The notes: generated by a model not told the origin, from the letters alone. A stretch of DNA of 58,415 nucleotides from an uncultured Bacteriovoracaceae bacterium (GCA_964350135.1 CAYGJN010000001.1:110-58524); one strand, 5' to 3'; numbered from the stretch's first letter, positions 1-9,451 are shown. Numbers and translations are program-made.

Positions 1-223
1 TGCAACAATTAAAAACCTCACAGCTTATTATAGATCTATAAGTGGAAATCCTTATTCGACAAAACAGCTAAAGCCTCATTTTACACTTGGGCAATTTAGA
101 GCTGCTGGTTATGACTGGGGTCATATTAAAGATATGGGCTTTACTTTAAAAGAATCTATTACTGCCGGTGCAACAATTAAAAACCTCACAGCTTATTATA
201 GATCTATAAGTGGAAATCCTTAT
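1..223 (+). repeat. Intragenic tandem duplication: nt 1-55 identical to nt 169-223 (period 168 nt = 56 codons)
   Basis: Direct comparison: tgcaacaattaaaaacctcacagcttattatagatctataagtggaaatccttat occurs at both positions (55/55). Both copies are in the same frame and encode ATIKNLTAYYRSISGNPY. Confidence 0.9.
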
Positions 224-322
224 GGATTGAAAGATTTAGCAAAGCATTTTAGTGCCGCTGCACTTGTAAATGCCGGGTTTAAGTATGAAGATGTTAAAAA
301 ATACTACCCAGAAGAGAATTAG
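2..322 (+). CDS. 3' end of a repeat-containing protein of unknown function (5' end outside the window)
   Basis: Frame 2 is open from the window edge to TAG 320-322. The ORF-track ATG at 134 is in this same frame, so the 62-aa ORF is probably only the tail of a longer gene. Confidence 0.5.
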   Translation, partial: ATIKNLTAYYRSISGNPYSTKQLKPHFTLGQFRAAGYDWGHIKDMGFTLKESITAGATIKNLTAYYRSISGNPYGLKDLAKHFSAAALVNAGFKYEDVKKYYPEEN

Positions 323-351
323 AATACTAGATAACTTATTTAACTAGCTTA

Positions 352-882
352 TTAGAAAAAATAAAACAAAACCAAAAGTACAAATCCACCTGCGCTCATT
401 AATATGAGCGTGGGTTTTTGATCCCTTTTTGTCGCAAAGGCAATAAGCATTCCTGAGACAAGTATAATCATCAGGCTGACCCCAAGTATGGTCTGAAGCC
501 CTTTTAAAATCTTAGGACCATGGCCTTTATGTACTTCTATTATTGATTTAAGAAAATTTGGCTTAACTCTATAGATAGTATACTGATCTCCGGACTGCTT
601 AAACTCGTAATTCATTCGAGTGGTAGGCCTTGTCATAATAAGACCTGATGATGTTTTTAAATATTCAAATGTGTATTCAGGATCAATTTCTTTGAGATAG
701 CTTCTAATACTATCTTCGTTAAGTTTTGCATGAGTTACTAAAACTGAGGTTATTTTTTCTTTTTCAACTGATCCTTTATACCCCAATAGATAAAAAGTCC
801 CTGTTACTGCCATCAAAAGTAGAAATGGTGCGAAAAAAGCCGAAAAATAAAGATGTATCTTAACTAATAATTGTCGGTTCAC
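352..882 (-). CDS. Small membrane protein, PepSY-associated TM-helix-like
   Basis: 176-aa ORF with hydrophobic helices at both ends (KIHLYFSAFFAPFLLLMAVTGTFYLL; HKGHGPKILKGLQTILGVSLMIILVSGML) in the H-x-hydrophobic-TG/SG pattern of PepSY_TM proteins. Family assignment is tentative. Confidence 0.4.
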   Translation of the reverse strand: MNRQLLVKIHLYFSAFFAPFLLLMAVTGTFYLLGYKGSVEKEKITSVLVTHAKLNEDSIRSYLKEIDPEYTFEYLKTSSGLIMTRPTTRMNYEFKQSGDQYTIYRVKPNFLKSIIEVHKGHGPKILKGLQTILGVSLMIILVSGMLIAFATKRDQKPTLILMSAGGFVLLVLFYFF

Positions 883-891
883 TTATATGCC

Positions 892-2217
892 TTATTTATA
901 AATTAATAAATCGCTTTTAACTCTATCAATATGCTCTTTGGGACTCTGCTTTTTACTTTGAGAATCACCTAGGCGCCACCAATATTTTAAATGCTGTGAA
1001 TCCAGATGTCTTTTTAAATTTGTTGGGATTCCATCAAAATAAATAGCTTCAACAGCTCTAGCACCTAAGGATTCACTCCAGATACTAAATTCATCTAAGT
1101 CTCCATTAAAAAAACGGCTTTTTCCCTCATAGGATCCAAGCATTAATGGATAAGCTCCAAAGCCTGTAAACGTATCAATCTTTTTAACTACGGCCTTACC
1201 ATTCACATATAAAATGAATTCACTATCATTATAAGTGATTATAATGTTAAACCAATCATTTGTATTATAAGAAATAGAATACTTTAGCTCATGATAGTTT
1301 TTATCTATATCCCTGTAGCCAGCTATAATGGTCCCTTTTTTCAAGGAAAGATTAATAGCAGTTTGTGGGCTAGAGTTATGATGAAAATTCACCATTCTAG
1401 TATCATTTTGATCTTCTAAAGTTCTAAACCAAATTGAAATACTGAAATGATTCGATGAGAAGTACTCGCTTGAAGAAGCTCCTTCAAGGTAATGCCCTCC
1501 AACTAATTCTAAAAATTTCTTATTCGAAATTTTTGGATTTTTATAAGCAGGCTCATTTAAGGCTTGCAAATAAGTCCATTTCGCAAAGTCTCTATGCCTT
1601 GCTTGCTTAGCGAAAGCAATATTAAACTCATTTGTCTTTTGTGTAAGTTTTTCTTGAGAAGACAAAAGCTTTTTCTTTATACTTGTTTTTTTGTTCTCTT
1701 TGGTATTGGAATCTAAGAGTAAACTTTTATATTTTTCAATTAATGCTCTTTCCTTATTTATGCTCACTTCAAGTTTTTTAGCAATATTTTGCTCTCTTCG
1801 CATAATGGAAAGATGTTGATCATATAATGATGTAAAAGGGTTTTTATGTTTTTCAAAATAAGTAAGAGTATCAACTCTCATCTCGGTATCAGCAATATTT
1901 TTAAAACTTACTTTTGAATCCTTAAGCACAGATGAACCCTTCAGGTTTAGCCCATATAAAGTCTTTTCTTTTAAGTTGGCCTCTTCTAAAACCTCTCCAG
2001 ACATATCACCGCATTCTTCAATTTTTTGTTTGTTATATCCTTCTTCTTTAAACTCATTAATGCATCTGCCTGTTTCTTTAGAAAAATAAAACAAAGAACT
2101 TTTCTCAAGTAACGTAGCTTTTGCTGATCGTTTTTTCTCTTCCACGTTGTCTACAGGTTTGATTTGAATACACGACGATAGAATAAATAGAGTAGTCACA
2201 ATAAGGTTTATTTGCAT
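892..2217 (-). CDS. Lipoprotein with central coiled coil and C-terminal LamG/concanavalin-A-like jelly-roll domain
   Basis: Lipobox FILSSC at the N-terminus. C-terminal LamG_3-type motifs: HFSISIWFRT, NDWFNIIITYNDSEFILYVNGKAV, FFNGDLDEFSIWSESL. Confidence 0.6.
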   Translation of the reverse strand: MQINLIVTTLFILSSCIQIKPVDNVEEKKRSAKATLLEKSSLFYFSKETGRCINEFKEEGYNKQKIEECGDMSGEVLEEANLKEKTLYGLNLKGSSVLKDSKVSFKNIADTEMRVDTLTYFEKHKNPFTSLYDQHLSIMRREQNIAKKLEVSINKERALIEKYKSLLLDSNTKENKKTSIKKKLLSSQEKLTQKTNEFNIAFAKQARHRDFAKWTYLQALNEPAYKNPKISNKKFLELVGGHYLEGASSSEYFSSNHFSISIWFRTLEDQNDTRMVNFHHNSSPQTAINLSLKKGTIIAGYRDIDKNYHELKYSISYNTNDWFNIIITYNDSEFILYVNGKAVVKKIDTFTGFGAYPLMLGSYEGKSRFFNGDLDEFSIWSESLGARAVEAIYFDGIPTNLKRHLDSQHLKYWWRLGDSQSKKQSPKEHIDRVKSDLLIYK

Positions 2218-2293
2218 AAAAACTCATCGGATAAATTAAGCATTCACTCAAATAACCGAAGAAATAACCGAAGAGTAATTTACTAGGAGAATT

Positions 2294-2935
2294 ATGAATA
2301 AGTTAAACCATAGACTCTATTTTCGTGAATCTAAGCTATCTTCCTATTATGAACTTTTTCATAAATTTGCTGAGAACTTTATATTTTTTCGATGGATGTA
2401 CTTTAAAAATCGTCCCCGAACAACTTTTCTTATGATGCGCTCAGTTCTTGTTAATAGTTTAGCTTTTAGTGCCTATTACTATTTATTTTCTCACTTCGAT
2501 TTTCTGATTATGGGAATTGAGGTTGATCCTGTTCTTCTTTATTTTGGAGCATGCACAGTAGGCTACTGGAATATGAGTTGGAATTTTTTTCAAAAATGTA
2601 ATTATCTTTCTAGTATGTACAACGATATCATTAAGCTATGCTCAAAAACTCAAGGCCTTGAAGCTCAGATGCTGAGAATTAATTTCTCAATGCAGCTTTT
2701 AACAATGGATCTTTGGGGACATCGTTTATACTCCTGGATACTAAATGAAACCTTAGAAGAAACCTTTGAGTGGGCCATTCAAAATAAAACTGTCTCTTTT
2801 AAAAATATGAATGAGTTTTATGAAGTTGCTAATAATAAAAAACTAGAGATCTCTGTGGCAAGAAGTGCTCTTCTTGATTATCTTCAACACCTAAGTCATA
2901 TGGCCACAAAGACTCATCTTTCAAAAGTTGCTTAA
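2294..2935 (+). CDS. Hypothetical membrane protein (two predicted TM helices plus a soluble C-terminal domain)
   Basis: 213-aa ORF preceded by aggag. Hydrophobic segments SVLVNSLAFSAYYYLF and VLLYFGACTVGYW. No recognisable family. Confidence 0.5.
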   Translation: MNKLNHRLYFRESKLSSYYELFHKFAENFIFFRWMYFKNRPRTTFLMMRSVLVNSLAFSAYYYLFSHFDFLIMGIEVDPVLLYFGACTVGYWNMSWNFFQKCNYLSSMYNDIIKLCSKTQGLEAQMLRINFSMQLLTMDLWGHRLYSWILNETLEETFEWAIQNKTVSFKNMNEFYEVANNKKLEISVARSALLDYLQHLSHMATKTHLSKVA

Positions 2936-3915
2936 TAAGCTTTTAAAAGGTGTCTCTCAGCTTTTGTCGTGTCTGGACCAATTAGTTTATTTTTATACTT
3001 AGGTCTATACAAAGCTGCTAACCCTTCAACTCTTTCATGCGGAGTCGCAAAAGAGATAATAAGCATAACTCTAAACCCTTCTTCCACTCTCGCTCCATGA
3101 TGGAAACAATGATAGGGATTAACGAACCAAGCTGAACCTGCTTTACCGGTTAACTTTGTATAGTTCTCAGGAGAAATAAATTTTTCAATAATTTCATCTT
3201 TCACTCGACCGTCTTCATGATTTAAAGCTGTTATTATTTCTAAAGACTTCTTGGCATTAATATATGTAAATGGGCCATTTTTAGGTCCAATATCATAAAC
3301 AGGTATCACTAAATGCAAGAAGTCTGGATCAAGTGCATCTCTGTGAAACATTTGAGCATTGATTGGTGTATGCCCTTTTTCCATAGCAGGTGTATATATA
3401 AACGAAGTATTTGATAAAGTTGGAATCTGTCCCAAATAATCAGCGGCTAATCCCATAAGCTTTGGTTGAGAAGCAAATTTTAAAATAGGTTTTATAAGGG
3501 CAATTTGCTCATCACTCACTTCTTCCTGATCTTTTCCTGCAGGCTTAATTAATAATGAATAAGGAGCAACAAAAGCTTTCTCTATAGCTTCTCTGTTCGA
3601 TTCAAAATATGACCTAAGATGGGTAAGCAATTCAGGCACACCATCAAGCTCCCCTTCTGGTATTGCCAGCTCATGCTTGTTTTTAGGTACCCTAATATTA
3701 TTAAGTGCACTGGTATAAATACTAATATTTTTTGATTTAATATAAAGAACTGGTGCAGATAGTATCTTAACAAATCTTATAATGCTTAAACGTAGACTTT
3801 TTTTAATACCCAACATGCTTAGCACTTCATTAAGTAAACGCCCCAGACCTTTTTGTCTGATTTGACTGGGAACCTTCATAAAATACACAGGTAATCTTGA
3901 AACTTTAAAACTCAC
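2932..3915 (-). CDS. Putative Fe(II)/2-oxoglutarate dioxygenase (PhyH-like)
   Basis: HxD (MFHRDALD) followed about 80 aa later by CFHHGARV, then a beta-strand-like RVMLIISF. This fits a 2-His-1-carboxylate facial triad. Tentative. Confidence 0.4.
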   Translation of the reverse strand: MSFKVSRLPVYFMKVPSQIRQKGLGRLLNEVLSMLGIKKSLRLSIIRFVKILSAPVLYIKSKNISIYTSALNNIRVPKNKHELAIPEGELDGVPELLTHLRSYFESNREAIEKAFVAPYSLLIKPAGKDQEEVSDEQIALIKPILKFASQPKLMGLAADYLGQIPTLSNTSFIYTPAMEKGHTPINAQMFHRDALDPDFLHLVIPVYDIGPKNGPFTYINAKKSLEIITALNHEDGRVKDEIIEKFISPENYTKLTGKAGSAWFVNPYHCFHHGARVEEGFRVMLIISFATPHERVEGLAALYRPKYKNKLIGPDTTKAERHLLKAY

Positions 3916-4059
3916 AGCCCTCTCCTGGAAGCAAAACTAGCCTCCATACTAGCAGATGCTAATCACCCCAGAAAGCCCTCAAAACCGGGTTTTTCCTTTA
4001 TATGAGAGATTTTCCATGGTAGTTTTTTTTGTAAACTATTCCCCTACTGGAGACCCTTT

Positions 4060-4962
4060 ATGGAAAAAAGAAGTTCAATCGAAGATTTAGTTGTAGGTAT
4101 TGGCAAGGCCATCACACCTCCCTTTATCCGCGATCAAGTAAAACGCGCTTATTATTCAGTTAAGAAAAAGAGCTTGGCCGAGAAGTTTGCTAAGGAAATC
4201 AAAGAGAAATCTTATATTAAGTGGTACCAAGAGTTTATTGATAACAAGGCCGAAAGCTTTGAAATTACAGATGAACTTATAAGCACTGGCTCCCGTGACC
4301 TTGAGGCCATGAAAGCAAGGGGTATGAAGCCAGAACATACACTCTATGAATTTGGAGTTGGTTATTTAAGATCAACTAAACACTTTGTGGAATATCTGAA
4401 CCCTGGTAATTTCACTGGAAATGACACAAGCGCTAAGAGAATAGCAAGAGGAAAAAAGCTTTTTCCAGTTATGGATGAGAAAAAGGCTAACCTTCTTGTA
4501 ACAACTGATAATAGTCTGGACTGGCTAAACGGTAAGAAGTTTGACTTTATCTACTCACATGCAGTTTTTTGCCATATGCCAATGGAAGACGTGAGAGAGG
4601 TTTTTATTAATCTTCATGATAAGGCCATGCATGAAAAATCAGAGTTCTATACAACTTACTCAGTTTTAGATTTTAATGAGTTTAGAGGTCTTAAGGATAC
4701 TCCTGCAAATGAAATGGAAGAAAAACTCATTGAGATTTTTAGAGGCAAAGATCAAATGAACTTATTTGATCATATGAAGAAATCTCAAGGTGAAGATGTT
4801 ATCCAAAGTGGATCATCTAACTGGTTTCAATCAAGAGAGTACATGGAAAGATTCTCAAGAGAATGTGGTTTTCATGTTGAAGATGTAACTGAATCCTTAG
4901 GTGATAAAACAGGTCTTTGTTACAGCCCTTGGAATCGTCTTATCAAAATGACTTTAAAGTAA
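4060..4962 (+). CDS. Putative class I SAM-dependent methyltransferase
   Basis: Motif I-like LYEFGVGYL and the later FDFIYSHAVFCHMPMEDV, typical of Methyltransf_11/23-like proteins. Confidence 0.5.
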   Translation: MEKRSSIEDLVVGIGKAITPPFIRDQVKRAYYSVKKKSLAEKFAKEIKEKSYIKWYQEFIDNKAESFEITDELISTGSRDLEAMKARGMKPEHTLYEFGVGYLRSTKHFVEYLNPGNFTGNDTSAKRIARGKKLFPVMDEKKANLLVTTDNSLDWLNGKKFDFIYSHAVFCHMPMEDVREVFINLHDKAMHEKSEFYTTYSVLDFNEFRGLKDTPANEMEEKLIEIFRGKDQMNLFDHMKKSQGEDVIQSGSSNWFQSREYMERFSRECGFHVEDVTESLGDKTGLCYSPWNRLIKMTLK

Positions 4963-4971
4963 TTCTTATTT

Positions 4972-6681
4972 TTAGGCCTGGCTTTGATTTAAAGTCAGGT
5001 CTATAACCTCATCACAAATATCCTCGATACCTTTTTGATGCGAAATCGCAATAATAGTCATTTTGCCTTTAAGATCTTTTAAAGTATTAATGATGACTTG
5101 CTCACTAGCTTCATCAAGGGCCGATGTAGACTCATCAAGAATAAGCACCTCTGGCTTTAGTAATAAGGTTCTTGCTAAAACTACTCTTTGCTTTTGCCCA
5201 CCAGAGAGTTTAGAGCCTGTCTCTCCCACTTGTGAGTCAAGTTTATCTGGCAGAGCTGAGACAAATTTTTTCGCTCCCACTCTTTCAAGGGAACTCCAAA
5301 TCTCTTCATCTTTAAGAGTTGGATCAAAGGCCCAAAAATTATTTCGAAGAGTATCGTTAAACATAAAGGGCTCTTGTCCCATATAAACAATTTTTTTTCT
5401 AATGGATTCTTTATCAATATCTTCTAAATTAACTCCATCAATTAAGATTTTTCCACTTTTAGGTTTTCTTAAGCGAATTAAAAGATCTATAAAGGTAGTT
5501 TTCCCTGATCCAGATGTTCCTTTAAAGATAACTGCAGAACCTTTCTTGATTGAGAGATTAAGTGATCTTAAAACATCCTTGCCTGGATAAGAAAACGAAA
5601 GATTCTGGATTTGTATTTCTTTATTAAGAATAAATTCGTTATCTCCAGTACTCTCTTCTTCTTCTTTTTTCATTCCATTAATCAAGCCAAAGATAAACTC
5701 ATAAGCAGGAATTGAGACAAGGTAGGTCTGATAGTAAATTTGAATAAACGAAAGCCTTTGGGCCGTCCTATAAAAAAGCAAAAGAAGAAGAAATAAATTA
5801 TCAGGATTAAGCTTTAAAAAGTTTAAAAAGACATAAAGACATATACAAACAATTAACACCTGCACAGGCTCTTGAAAGTGGTTTACAGCATATACCCCGT
5901 CAGTTCTTTTCTTATTAGCATCAGCAAAACTATTAATTTCAACATCCATAACTTTTTGAATGCTCTCTTCTCGAGAAGATGCTTTTAATTGCTTCATTCC
6001 TCTAATGAAATCAACAAAAAATGAGTTCATTGAGATGGCCTGGTCTGTTCCTTTTTGACTTGCACTTTTTGCTTGCCTTAAAAACTTCTTCAGTATGAAA
6101 AGTGAAATCCCACAGATAACAATTGCTCCTAGAGCTACGCTAAAAGAGACATTAATGGCCAAAAATAGATAGACTGTCACAGGAACTATATTTGCGAGTG
6201 TTTTTCCTGTTGTTAGATAGACATTAGAAACTTTTTCAACTTCAGATGATAGAGCAGTTGTTAACTCTCCAGCTTTCATAGAAGAAAGATAGTCCCACTT
6301 AGATCCAAGAACTGCTCTGACAATATCAGACCTTAGATCAGCAACAATATCCTGAGAAATATGAGCAACCTTACATAATGCTAAATAATTTGCAATCCCT
6401 TTAAGAAGCATCATTGTAAAGATTAATATCAATACATAAATTAGCTCAAAGGGTACTCCGAAAGTTGCAAATACCTTTACTAAGTAGGAAGCAATCCCAC
6501 TGTTCGCAACAGTATCATTTCCCAAGGTAATATTCATAAGTGGGATTAGTGCAGTAAAACCTATCCCTTCAACAAGTCCTGAAATCAGAAACATGATTGA
6601 AACAAGAATCGACTGCCGCTTATACTTTCTAATAAAGTACATGGCAGGACTAAACTGATCTTTAAATCGCTTAACAATCAT
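4972..6681 (-). CDS. ABC exporter, fused permease/ATPase (MsbA-like type I exporter)
   Basis: Six-helix hydrophobic N-terminal half. Walker A GTSGSGKTT, signature LSGGQKQR, Walker B LILDEST. 4-nt overlap with the upstream gene. Confidence 0.9.
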   Translation of the reverse strand: MIVKRFKDQFSPAMYFIRKYKRQSILVSIMFLISGLVEGIGFTALIPLMNITLGNDTVANSGIASYLVKVFATFGVPFELIYVLILIFTMMLLKGIANYLALCKVAHISQDIVADLRSDIVRAVLGSKWDYLSSMKAGELTTALSSEVEKVSNVYLTTGKTLANIVPVTVYLFLAINVSFSVALGAIVICGISLFILKKFLRQAKSASQKGTDQAISMNSFFVDFIRGMKQLKASSREESIQKVMDVEINSFADANKKRTDGVYAVNHFQEPVQVLIVCICLYVFLNFLKLNPDNLFLLLLLFYRTAQRLSFIQIYYQTYLVSIPAYEFIFGLINGMKKEEEESTGDNEFILNKEIQIQNLSFSYPGKDVLRSLNLSIKKGSAVIFKGTSGSGKTTFIDLLIRLRKPKSGKILIDGVNLEDIDKESIRKKIVYMGQEPFMFNDTLRNNFWAFDPTLKDEEIWSSLERVGAKKFVSALPDKLDSQVGETGSKLSGGQKQRVVLARTLLLKPEVLILDESTSALDEASEQVIINTLKDLKGKMTIIAISHQKGIEDICDEVIDLTLNQSQA

Positions 6682-8201
6682 ATTAAATCCTGTATATCGG
6701 ATGGAAAACTTTTAATAAAACTTCTCATCACATTTTTTTTATATTCTGTATCAGTAAAACGAGCTCGATCACCTCTTAAATACTCAAGAGGCATTTCGAC
6801 AGAGCTTTCTATATAAGCAGCTAAAAAGAGTGCTCCATCTTTTTTTCTTATTTCATCATTTTCATCATAAGCAATCTCATTAAGTTTTGCTCTCATAGCA
6901 CTCATGTCCGTTAATACATGTACATGAGGTACAAAATTATAAAAATTATGAAGACCAAAGGATATCACAGGCTTACCAATTACGGCCCCTTCAAAACCAT
7001 TTGTCCCCGTTATAGTAATTACTCCAACACTATTTTTCACAAGAGGAAATGAGCTTTGAGAATAATCAGCAAAAATGCAATTAGGAATTTTTAATATATT
7101 ACGATAAAAGGACAATGGTCGTCTTCCTACTCCTACTGGGTGCTCTTTAACCAGCAATTTATGACCCGCTGGAAGATTTTTACAAATTGTTTGGATAATG
7201 GCCGCTTGATCATTAAACTCTGGAGCAAACTGGCTTATAGATATTTCAGGCTCTGTATGAAGAAAATAAGTAAAATACTTCTCTCCTTCTAAGTCTTGTG
7301 CTTTTTTGAGATTTAATCCCTGAATATAAAGGTGATGTCGATAAACTCTAATGACCATCCCCATTGAAGACCAGTAATTATAAGCTGAGTAAGTCGCGAC
7401 ATTTTTAAGTTTTTGATAAAGAGTTTTTTTAGTCACACTAAGCAAAGTTTTAAGAACATGAGAAATTCGAGGTCTTAAATCAATTTGAACAGATCTCATA
7501 TAAGAATTATGATCTTTCCAAAACTGCTCCATATGCTCATCAATATTAACTAAAGATTTTGAAGACTTTTTAATCTCTAAAAAATTTTTCTCAATTCGAG
7601 AGTTTCCAAAATATAAATCATCGATCCAATAAGGAAAATTTTTATAACGAGGTGGAGAAAATGCCCTAAAAAGTGATCCATGCTTTAAAAGAACATAATA
7701 TCCAGGTAATCCCCAAACTCCACTTGATAAGCCGATTTTAAATTTTGGTCTGTATTTTATGGCCAAGTCTTCCCAAAACTTAAAAGTCTTATTGATATAA
7801 TTTGTCATCTTTTTAAGATCAGGACGATCACTGATATAAGAACTAGGATGCCCAACACCTAAAGGGCTTAGGCTGTGACCAAAGTGCCGATCACTTTGAA
7901 TAATGTCCATATATAGTACGCCATATTTTTCTTCATAGGCTTTGGCCATATCATAAACATTGGCAGGAACTTCATCATCATAATTTGGCAGATAATCTTC
8001 TATACTAATAAACTCATCGATCTTGGTGTATTTTTCCATTCGCTCTTTCATACCCATATCAAGAGCAACACCTATAATTTTATGTCCATAAACTTCTCTT
8101 AACTCTGTCGCTAGAGCGGCCCAAATATAATCAAAATTAGATGTAAAAAAGAAAAGCGAAACCTTCGAGTCTGAATTAAAATTTGAAATACTACTGGTCA
8201 T
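6678..8201 (-). CDS. Capsule_synth (KpsS/KpsC-like) family glycosyltransferase
   Basis: C-terminal half matches the pattern I recall for KpsS/KpsC: GHKLLVKEHPVGVGRRP ... VGVITITGTNGFEGAVIGKPVISFG. Confidence 0.55.
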   Translation of the reverse strand: MTSSISNFNSDSKVSLFFFTSNFDYIWAALATELREVYGHKIIGVALDMGMKERMEKYTKIDEFISIEDYLPNYDDEVPANVYDMAKAYEEKYGVLYMDIIQSDRHFGHSLSPLGVGHPSSYISDRPDLKKMTNYINKTFKFWEDLAIKYRPKFKIGLSSGVWGLPGYYVLLKHGSLFRAFSPPRYKNFPYWIDDLYFGNSRIEKNFLEIKKSSKSLVNIDEHMEQFWKDHNSYMRSVQIDLRPRISHVLKTLLSVTKKTLYQKLKNVATYSAYNYWSSMGMVIRVYRHHLYIQGLNLKKAQDLEGEKYFTYFLHTEPEISISQFAPEFNDQAAIIQTICKNLPAGHKLLVKEHPVGVGRRPLSFYRNILKIPNCIFADYSQSSFPLVKNSVGVITITGTNGFEGAVIGKPVISFGLHNFYNFVPHVHVLTDMSAMRAKLNEIAYDENDEIRKKDGALFLAAYIESSVEMPLEYLRGDRARFTDTEYKKNVMRSFIKSFPSDIQDLI

Positions 8202-8232
8202 TTGCTTCCTAGATAATTAGAAATTTAAATAC

Positions 8233-8925
8233 TTATGAAAAGTATTCCTTAATCTTATCAAGCCCGAAATGAGGATCATCACTGTAATACTTCTTAAAGA
8301 TTTCTTCCAAAAGGTCTAGATCCTCTTGGGTGTCTATACAAAGATTAAGATGAGAAAGATCTTCTTCATGCTCAATACTCTTGGCCTTGAAAAGATCAGG
8401 ACTGTTTTTGATTTTATTAGTAGCGTACTCTCTTTCCTCTGGAGTTTTTAAATTATCATTGCACCAATTAATAGCAGTTTTTGAAATTAATTCGCATGAA
8501 AGACCAAGTGGAAAGGTATACTTAATTCTATTGGAAATATAATCAAGAGAGTTATCCCCAGCATATGATTTTGCCATTAGTGACATAACCCTTGGATCAA
8601 CTAAAGGACAGTCTGCATTGACCTTTAAAAGAGCATCACATGCGGCCAATTCAAAACAACCCTTAAGCCTAAGAGCAATATCATTTTCATCAGGGCATCT
8701 ATAAATAAGAATATCTTTTTCTTTTGCTATTTCTTCAAGAGCATCATTTCTAGGGTCAATAGTCGTTGCTAAAATAATTCCAGAAATTTCTTCAACTGCA
8801 TTAAGGCGATCAATAATATGCTCAATAATAGGTTTTGAGCACAAAGGCTTAATAACCTTTCCAGGAAGTCTTTCTGAGCCCATTCGAGCTTGAATACATC
8901 CAAAAATTCTTTTAGGCATTGGCAA
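8233..8925 (-). CDS. Cytidylyltransferase of the SpsF/PseF-like branch (CTP_transf_3)
   Basis: N-terminal ARMGSERLPGKVIKPL motif typical of SpsF-type CMP-sugar synthetases. Confidence 0.7.
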   Translation of the reverse strand: MPMPKRIFGCIQARMGSERLPGKVIKPLCSKPIIEHIIDRLNAVEEISGIILATTIDPRNDALEEIAKEKDILIYRCPDENDIALRLKGCFELAACDALLKVNADCPLVDPRVMSLMAKSYAGDNSLDYISNRIKYTFPLGLSCELISKTAINWCNDNLKTPEEREYATNKIKNSPDLFKAKSIEHEEDLSHLNLCIDTQEDLDLLEEIFKKYYSDDPHFGLDKIKEYFS

Positions 8926-9451
8926 ATTCTTCTCTCAAAATGCTCATCATAACTACATCGTAATAGCGGCCGTTGCGATAGACAAGTTTACGACGCACCC
9001 CTTCTTTTACAAATCCAGCTTTTTCATAGGACCTTACAGCAGCTGTATTCTCTGTGTTAACCCCAAGATAAATTGTCTCAAGGTTTAGTTTATTGAATCC
9101 GTAATCCAAGATTAGATCAGCGGCTTCAGTGCCGTAACCTTTTCCCCTCATTCCAGGGGCACCGATAAGAACTCTAAACTCGCCTCTTCTGCAAATCCAC
9201 TGAAGCATATAAAGTCCAATAATACCTATTGGCCTCTTGGTCGTTTTTTCTTCTATAACAAAAACAATATTTTCATCGTTATTTGTTGATGCACGCATTA
9301 CTTTTTCAAGATCAAGGTCCCCAACGGGTCTTGTGCCTGTTTCCATGAATTGAGTAGCTTCGGGGTTTTCCATCCAAGCTCTATAATCTTCGCGGTCAGT
9401 CTCTTTAAGCCCTCTCAGACCAACTTTTTCACCTTCCATCATATAACTCAT
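8912..9451 (-). CDS. GNAT family N-acetyltransferase (RimJ/RimL- or PseH-like)
   Basis: Acetyl-CoA binding region RGKGYGTEAADLILDYGF and C-terminal NTAAVRSYEKAGF. Confidence 0.8.
   Translation of the reverse strand: MSYMMEGEKVGLRGLKETDREDYRAWMENPEATQFMETGTRPVGDLDLEKVMRASTNNDENIVFVIEEKTTKRPIGIIGLYMLQWICRRGEFRVLIGAPGMRGKGYGTEAADLILDYGFNKLNLETIYLGVNTENTAAVRSYEKAGFVKEGVRRKLVYRNGRYYDVVMMSILREEFANA

Noticed and set aside
5063-5590. Three ORFs (5063-5386 +, 5181-5417 -, 5402-5590 +) inside the ABC exporter gene
   Set aside because: They lie entirely within, and mostly antisense to, a gene with unambiguous Walker A / signature / Walker B motifs. These are typical shadow ORFs with no motifs of their own.
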